A stretch of DNA of 64,000 bases from Nitrospirota bacterium (lineage in GTDB: Bacteria; Nitrospirota; UBA9217): positions 96,001 to 160,000 of the forward strand of contig DASPSR010000007.1 in assembly GCA_035623825.1 (NCBI GenBank), written 5' to 3'. The stretch's first letter is position 1. Each line of letters opens with the position of its first letter. Shown one piece after another: positions 58,563-64,000 of this stretch. The notes under the pieces were generated by a model. That model ran no database searches and had not been told where the DNA came from. It saw only the letters and a program-made list of their open reading frames with translations. Position numbers and translations under genes: made by a program.

Positions 58563-59390
58563 TTGACCATATCAAAAAATATTAGGCAATATTATTATAG
58601 CTTGTTTGATCTGTTAAAATTGGATAAAAATGGTGGGGATCCCAATGGGCCTGTGGTATCCCTGACAACTGTCCCGCACCGTATTGATAATATCAAGCCA
58701 ACGCTGGTCAGCTTATTGCGTCAAACGGTAAAACCAAAACGAATTGAAATAAACTTGAGCGAAGAATTGTTTGCGGGGAGAAAAATACCCATGTCGCTTC
58801 TAAACCTGGAAAATGTAAAAATATGTTGGCAAAAAAAGGATTACGGTCCTGCTACAAAATTGATTGCCACGATCGAAAGATATCAAACTCAAAACGAGAG
58901 AATAGTTATAGTTGATGATGATATGTATTATTCGAAAGATATGATATCGGATTTAATGGCTGCTGATATGAAAGCAGATGGCAAACACGTTTTTTGCATC
59001 AATGGCTTTTTATTACCAAGGGACCTTAAATCAGAATCTATTGGATCGGACAAGGCATTGAAGTCAGGCACCAGAAAAGTAGCGGTTATTGAGGGATGTG
59101 GTGGCTACATATTACGTTCTAACCATCTTGATTGGAAGTTACTGTTAAATCTTGAAAATGCTCCAGCAAGAGCCTTGTTTGATGACGATATTTGGTTTAG
59201 TGGTCATTTAAGCAAAGCTGGCGTTGACAAAATACAGATTCCGACCGGCAAAAGGAAGTCTCTGGTCAACTCCCATAAAGGATCTGCTATTAGTGGCGAC
59301 AGGTGGCAATTGCAATCGGATTTGATGATCTTTTTTAAAGATGATTGGAAAGATTATGAGTATGAACGTGATCAACCACGTACCTGCTGA
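58563..59390 (+). CDS. GT-A fold glycosyltransferase (AT-rich)
   Basis: VVSLTT.P.RI, DYGPATKL, IVDDD, DDIWFSG. Confidence 0.85.
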   Translation: MTISKNIRQYYYSLFDLLKLDKNGGDPNGPVVSLTTVPHRIDNIKPTLVSLLRQTVKPKRIEINLSEELFAGRKIPMSLLNLENVKICWQKKDYGPATKLIATIERYQTQNERIVIVDDDMYYSKDMISDLMAADMKADGKHVFCINGFLLPRDLKSESIGSDKALKSGTRKVAVIEGCGGYILRSNHLDWKLLLNLENAPARALFDDDIWFSGHLSKAGVDKIQIPTGKRKSLVNSHKGSAISGDRWQLQSDLMIFFKDDWKDYEYERDQPRTC

Positions 59391-59602
59391 GCCAGCCCAA
59401 TCATTAATCGTCTGTGCATGAAGAGATAGAGACCTGACGAGCACCGTGGTCTGTCATGGGTGCACGGTACACGCAGGGAAAGTGCCGACCACAGAGAGCC
59501 GGAAAGCTCGCCCAGACCGGCTTGAGGCAGGCGGGATTTTCGTCAGTATCTATGCCGGGTCCGTGCGCGCGGTCCGTAGTACGGCGATGAATGAGTTGCG
59601 GT

Positions 59603-60235
59603 ATGAAATCAGACGAGAGAAAAGACTTCGACAGAGAGGCGGCTACCTGGGACCAGAATCCAGGCAGGGTCAAGCTTGCCGATGACGTAGCCGATACGAT
59701 CATCAGAGAAATACACCCGACCAGAGATATGGACGTTCTGGATTTCGGCTGCGGTACGGGGTTGGTGACTCTCCGGCTGCAGCCTTTCGTGAAGACGATT
59801 ACTGGCGCTGACAGTTCAAAAGGCATGCTCGGCGTTCTCCAGGACAAGGTCAGCAGGTCGGGCCTGAAGAACGTTAAGATGCAATTCGCGGATTTTGAAA
59901 AGGGGGAGCGAGTAGAGGGAACGTTTCATTTGGTTGTGAGCAGCATGACCCTGCATCATGTGTCTGACACCGGCCAGCTGTTCAGGCAGTGGTATGGTCT
60001 GCTGCTGCCAGGCGGCGTGCTCTGCGCCGCCGATTTGGACGCGGAGGACGGTTCTTTTCACGGAGACAATTTTGGCGTGCTGCATTTTGGTTTTGATCGG
60101 CGACACCTGAAAGGGCTTCTCCAAAAGACTGGTTTTACGGAAGTCCGTGATGTAACGGCCGCAGCCGTTGAGAAAGAGATCGAAGGGAAGGGGAAACGGA
60201 CGTTCAGGGTGTTCCTGATAATCGGGAAAAAATAG
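59603..60235 (+). CDS. Class I SAM-dependent methyltransferase
   Basis: FD..AATWD, VLDFGCGTG, SSMTLHHV. Confidence 0.92.
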   Translation: MKSDERKDFDREAATWDQNPGRVKLADDVADTIIREIHPTRDMDVLDFGCGTGLVTLRLQPFVKTITGADSSKGMLGVLQDKVSRSGLKNVKMQFADFEKGERVEGTFHLVVSSMTLHHVSDTGQLFRQWYGLLLPGGVLCAADLDAEDGSFHGDNFGVLHFGFDRRHLKGLLQKTGFTEVRDVTAAAVEKEIEGKGKRTFRVFLIIGKK

Positions 60236-60298
60236 CAGAAGACGAATCATACAGGTGGTGGCATGAGGAAGCGGTGCACCGTGAATCACATCATCGCC

Positions 60299-62824
60299 TC
60301 AACACGTTGCCTGCGATCCGCTGCCGAGCATTTCCGCTACCTTGTTTAAGAGCTTATTGGGCGACACGGGCTTTGAAAGAAAGTTAACGTCGTCTCCCAG
60401 GAGGCCTTTTTTATAGATGATTTCTGCGGTATATCCGCTCGTAAAGAGCGCCTTGACTGAGGGGTTCATCTTCCTGATCTCGTTATAGGCCTCTCGGCCG
60501 TTCTTCCTCGGCATGATGACATCAAAGATAAGGAGCCGGATTGTATCCTTATTATCCCGGTATTTCTCTAGAGCCTCTTCGCCATCGGAAGCCTCAATGA
60601 CGGTATAGCCAAATCCCTGTAGCACCGCCGTCGTAAGGTTCCGTACACTGCTGTCATCTTCTGCGACCAGGAGGGTCTCCGTGCCACCAGTCGGCACGGG
60701 GGCGCTGACAGACCTTGCGTGATGGAGCGCGGCCTTGATCTGCGGCAGATAGACCTTGAAGGTCGTACCTATCCCGGGTTCGCTATAGACACTGATATAC
60801 CCGCTGTGCTGTTTTACGATACCATAGACGATGGCAAGGCCAAGCCCGGTCCCTTTGCCCGTGGACTTGGTGGTGAAGAACGGTTCAAAGATCCTCTTTA
60901 CGGTTTTCTTGTCCATACCCGTGCCAGTGTCCGTTACGGTGAGCAGCGCGTAATTACCAGGCTTCCCGTATCCGTGCGCCTTTATGAAATCGCTGTTCAA
61001 CTCAACGTCTCCCGTCTCAATGGTCAACTTTCCCCCTCGCGGCATGGCATCCCTCGCGTTCGTGACGAGATTGATCATGATTTGCTCGATCTGGCCCGTA
61101 TCCGCCTTAATGGGCAATGGTTCATCGTGTAGAACTTGCTTGATCTCGATGTCCTCTCCGATGAGCCGCTCTATGAGTTTCTCGACCCGCCGCACGATTG
61201 TATTCATCTCCACGTGCTTTGGAGTGAGTATCTGCTTCCTGCTGAATGCTAGAAGGCTTTGGGTAAGGCTGGCTGCTCGCTCCGTAGACGCGAGAATGCT
61301 GTTCACGCTTGGCCGAAGGGGGTCGTTTTCAGCCATCTTCATCTGCATGAGGCTGCTATAGCCGATGATCGCCGTTAGGATATTGTTGAAGTCGTGCGCC
61401 ACACCGCCCGCCAATGTTCCTACAGCCTCCATTTTCTGAGAGTGAAGAAGCTGTTCCTCTAGCCTCTTTTTCTCGGTGATATCATTGTGAATCTCGATTG
61501 CCGAAATTATTTCACCGCGGGAATTCTTCAAAGGGAAAGACCTGACCTCGGTATAGACGGAGTCCCCTTCCTTATCATAGTGCGTATGGACTGCGGTATG
61601 TGGTTCGCCGGTCTCAAATGTGCGCTGCACGGCGCAGTCTTCACCTGACTCGTAACAGGGTGAAAGCATGTGGTGCGAGATCTCATAGCAGTGTCTGTAT
61701 ATTATATCGTCCGACGTCATCTTAAGCTTGCTGCAATAGGCTTTGTTGACGGAGACTATCCTGAAGTCGCGGCTGATTACGATGAACCCCTCGTCTACGG
61801 TGTCGAGGACATTTTTGATGAACTCCTCGTTATGCTTGTGTTCGGTGACGTTTTTGAATATGCCCTGTGTCTGCACAGGCCGACCGTCGATGACACTGCA
61901 ATGAACACTGCCTTCGACGATGACTGGCTTACCGGCCTTGGTCATGAACGTAGCACCGATGCGATCGATTTTTTCGCCGCCCAAGATGCGCTCGAACATC
62001 TCCTTGAAGTGATCCCTGGAATTAGGGTGGACAATGTCGAGGACGCTCATCTGGGCTATCTCCTCCTCGTTGTATCCGAGGGTCTCCCGCCAGGCCCGAT
62101 TGACATGCCGGAAGCTGCCGTCCGGCCCAGAGCTCTGGATGAGGTCATGGGCATTCTCAAAGAGGTCCCGGTATCGTGTCTCTCTTTCCGTGAGCGACTG
62201 TTCCATGCGCTTCTGACCGGTGATGTTGCGTGCTATACCCAGGATTGCGAGCATTTTGCCGTTCTGAATCTGCGGCGCCGAAATGATTTCTGTCGTAAGA
62301 TATTCTCCCGATTGCGAGAGAATGCGCAGTTCATAGGGAGACGGGGTCTGACCTGCTGTAAGGCGTTTGAACGCATCGAATGCTAGGTGAAGATCCTCGG
62401 GATGGATGATCGAGTGAAAATGCCTGCCGATATATTCCGTGCGCGGGAACCCGGTAACGGTTTCAAACACGGAGTTCAGGGTGGTGAATGTCCCTTCGGG
62501 GGAAAGGATAAAGATGATGTCCGGAGCAGTTTCGACGAGAATGCGATACCGTTGTCCCGATTCGGTCAGTTCTAACACGGTCGTCCCGAGCCTCCTCATC
62601 ATGAGGCTGCTATACGTGCTGAGCCCGAGAAGAACGATCATGATGCATGTCAGCGTGATGATCTCACCGGCGGTGGGCTTAAGTAATTGACGGAAGAAAG
62701 ACTTCTCCTGGGAAAGGCAAGCATTAATAAAGGGCCCTGAGACCCAGACGAACAAGCAGAGGCTAATCCCTGCGAAAATCATTTTCCATGGCATCCTCTT
62801 GCGCTGTAAGACCTCTGATTTCAT
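60299..62824 (-). CDS. Multi-PAS hybrid sensor histidine kinase/receiver
   Basis: Three PAS domains; [12 protein letters not shown]-box; [20 protein letters not shown]; C-terminal REC (FDVIMP). Confidence 0.95.
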   Translation of the reverse strand: MKSEVLQRKRMPWKMIFAGISLCLFVWVSGPFINACLSQEKSFFRQLLKPTAGEIITLTCIMIVLLGLSTYSSLMMRRLGTTVLELTESGQRYRILVETAPDIIFILSPEGTFTTLNSVFETVTGFPRTEYIGRHFHSIIHPEDLHLAFDAFKRLTAGQTPSPYELRILSQSGEYLTTEIISAPQIQNGKMLAILGIARNITGQKRMEQSLTERETRYRDLFENAHDLIQSSGPDGSFRHVNRAWRETLGYNEEEIAQMSVLDIVHPNSRDHFKEMFERILGGEKIDRIGATFMTKAGKPVIVEGSVHCSVIDGRPVQTQGIFKNVTEHKHNEEFIKNVLDTVDEGFIVISRDFRIVSVNKAYCSKLKMTSDDIIYRHCYEISHHMLSPCYESGEDCAVQRTFETGEPHTAVHTHYDKEGDSVYTEVRSFPLKNSRGEIISAIEIHNDITEKKRLEEQLLHSQKMEAVGTLAGGVAHDFNNILTAIIGYSSLMQMKMAENDPLRPSVNSILASTERAASLTQSLLAFSRKQILTPKHVEMNTIVRRVEKLIERLIGEDIEIKQVLHDEPLPIKADTGQIEQIMINLVTNARDAMPRGGKLTIETGDVELNSDFIKAHGYGKPGNYALLTVTDTGTGMDKKTVKRIFEPFFTTKSTGKGTGLGLAIVYGIVKQHSGYISVYSEPGIGTTFKVYLPQIKAALHHARSVSAPVPTGGTETLLVAEDDSSVRNLTTAVLQGFGYTVIEASDGEEALEKYRDNKDTIRLLIFDVIMPRKNGREAYNEIRKMNPSVKALFTSGYTAEIIYKKGLLGDDVNFLSKPVSPNKLLNKVAEMLGSGSQATC

Positions 62825-63073
62825 TTTTACCTGCCTGACAATGAGGTTTGCCTGTTTATCCGTTTCGACGCACCTGTATAAAGGTCTTATCGGAATTCCA
62901 GGTCAAAACTTTAACTTGCCATGCCTGCGAGCGGTAAGTGCATGGGCCATCCCCCGATTACCCGAACAGATTCATAATTCGAGCGTTCGGAAAGCAGCAA
63001 CGTCATGAAGGTATGGAATAATAGATCAGAAATGATATAATATTCTGGAATACTGGAAGACCTCTTTATTAGT

Positions 63074-64000
63074 ATGATAGATGCGATCATATCCCATTTT
63101 GAGATCCCCGGGGCGCTCACAAGGACGGTGCGGTTCGGCTCCGGACTGATTAACGATACCTACCTCTGCGAGATGAAAGATGGCGGAGAGATACGCAAAT
63201 ACATTCTCCAGCGCATTAATACCTCAGTGTTCAAAAAGCCGGAGCAGGTTATGGAGAATGTGGAGGTCGTGACCAATCATATTGTGAACAGGCTCCGTGC
63301 GGAAGGCGTCAGAGACCCCTATGCAATCACTCCGGCGCTCATCCATATAAGCGGGGGTCGCTCGTTCCATAGAGACGATTCCGGTGCGTACTGGCGCCTG
63401 TTTCATTTCATTAAATCCGGAGTGGTGTATGACAAGGTCAAGGATGTACGGCACGCCTACGAAATCGGTCGAGGCCTCGGAAGGTTTCAGTCGCTCGTAT
63501 CGGACCTCCCGCCAGGACGACTCCACGATACGCTTCCCGGGTTTCATCAAACACCGCACTATCTTGCCGAGTTTGATGAAGCGCTCAAGGCAGATGTACA
63601 AAGACGGTCCGCTGAAGTTCTAGCTGAAAGAGAGTTCGTGTATCACAGAAGGTCCCTTGCACCCGGGTTGACCGGTCTAGTCGCTTTGAAGGAACTTCCG
63701 GTCCGTGTGGTGCATAATGACCCGAAAGTGAACAACGTTCTGATTCATGCCATTACGGGGGAGGCCCTGTGCATGATCGACCTGGATACGGTCAAACCAG
63801 GAATCGTTCACTACGATTTCGGCGACTGCCTTCGCTCCGCAGCCAACCCGGCAGGAGAGGATGCGGAGGATCTCAGAACGGTCGGACTCGATCTTCCTGT
63901 CTTTGAAGCGGTGACCCGCGGATATCTGCGCGAAGCTGGCGGGTTCCTTACGGGAAAAGAGATTGCCATGCTGCCGGCAGCGGTGAAGATAATCACCTTT
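63074..64000 (+). CDS. Aminoglycoside phosphotransferase-family kinase (N-acetylhexosamine 1-kinase-like), truncated by window end
   Basis: FGSGLINDTY, YILQRIN, VVHNDPKVNNVL, MIDLDTV, YDFGDCLRS; open to the window edge. Confidence 0.88.
   Translation, partial: MIDAIISHFEIPGALTRTVRFGSGLINDTYLCEMKDGGEIRKYILQRINTSVFKKPEQVMENVEVVTNHIVNRLRAEGVRDPYAITPALIHISGGRSFHRDDSGAYWRLFHFIKSGVVYDKVKDVRHAYEIGRGLGRFQSLVSDLPPGRLHDTLPGFHQTPHYLAEFDEALKADVQRRSAEVLAEREFVYHRRSLAPGLTGLVALKELPVRVVHNDPKVNNVLIHAITGEALCMIDLDTVKPGIVHYDFGDCLRSAANPAGEDAEDLRTVGLDLPVFEAVTRGYLREAGGFLTGKEIAMLPAAVKIITF

Noticed and set aside
3197-62690. Numerous long antisense or alternate-frame ORFs in the track (e.g. 3197-4006, 9202-9981, 31190-31960)
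   Set aside because: They overlap well-supported genes and are expected shadow ORFs in GC-rich coding DNA

Overview
A GC-rich bacterial chromosomal window. Gene content and synteny suggest a Nitrospirota/deltaproteobacterial-type organism (inference only). Bases 1-49.8 kb are mostly housekeeping and central metabolism. They include a TPR-lipoprotein-ispE-spoVG-tRNA-Gln-prs-rplY-pth-ychF cluster, pckG followed by an internally duplicated kinase/pseudokinase-like gene, PolX, and a Liv-type ABC transporter. A TCA 'supercluster' follows: fumC-sdhCAB, malic enzyme, Glu dehydrogenase, aconitase, citrate synthase, succinate-semialdehyde dehydrogenase, and a ThDP enzyme that may be a 2-oxoglutarate decarboxylase. 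An accessory island begins 47 bp after the ThDP enzyme gene. It has one Tn7-like right end (49852-49917) and three co-oriented Tn7-like left ends (termini 53746, 55344, 57330), each left end with TnsB-type repeats and an IHF-consensus box, but no tns genes in the window. The island carries carbohydrate-related cargo, several gene relics, and an integron remnant (Pc-like promoter, attI-like site, one cassette and its attC). No CRISPR array or rRNA was seen.
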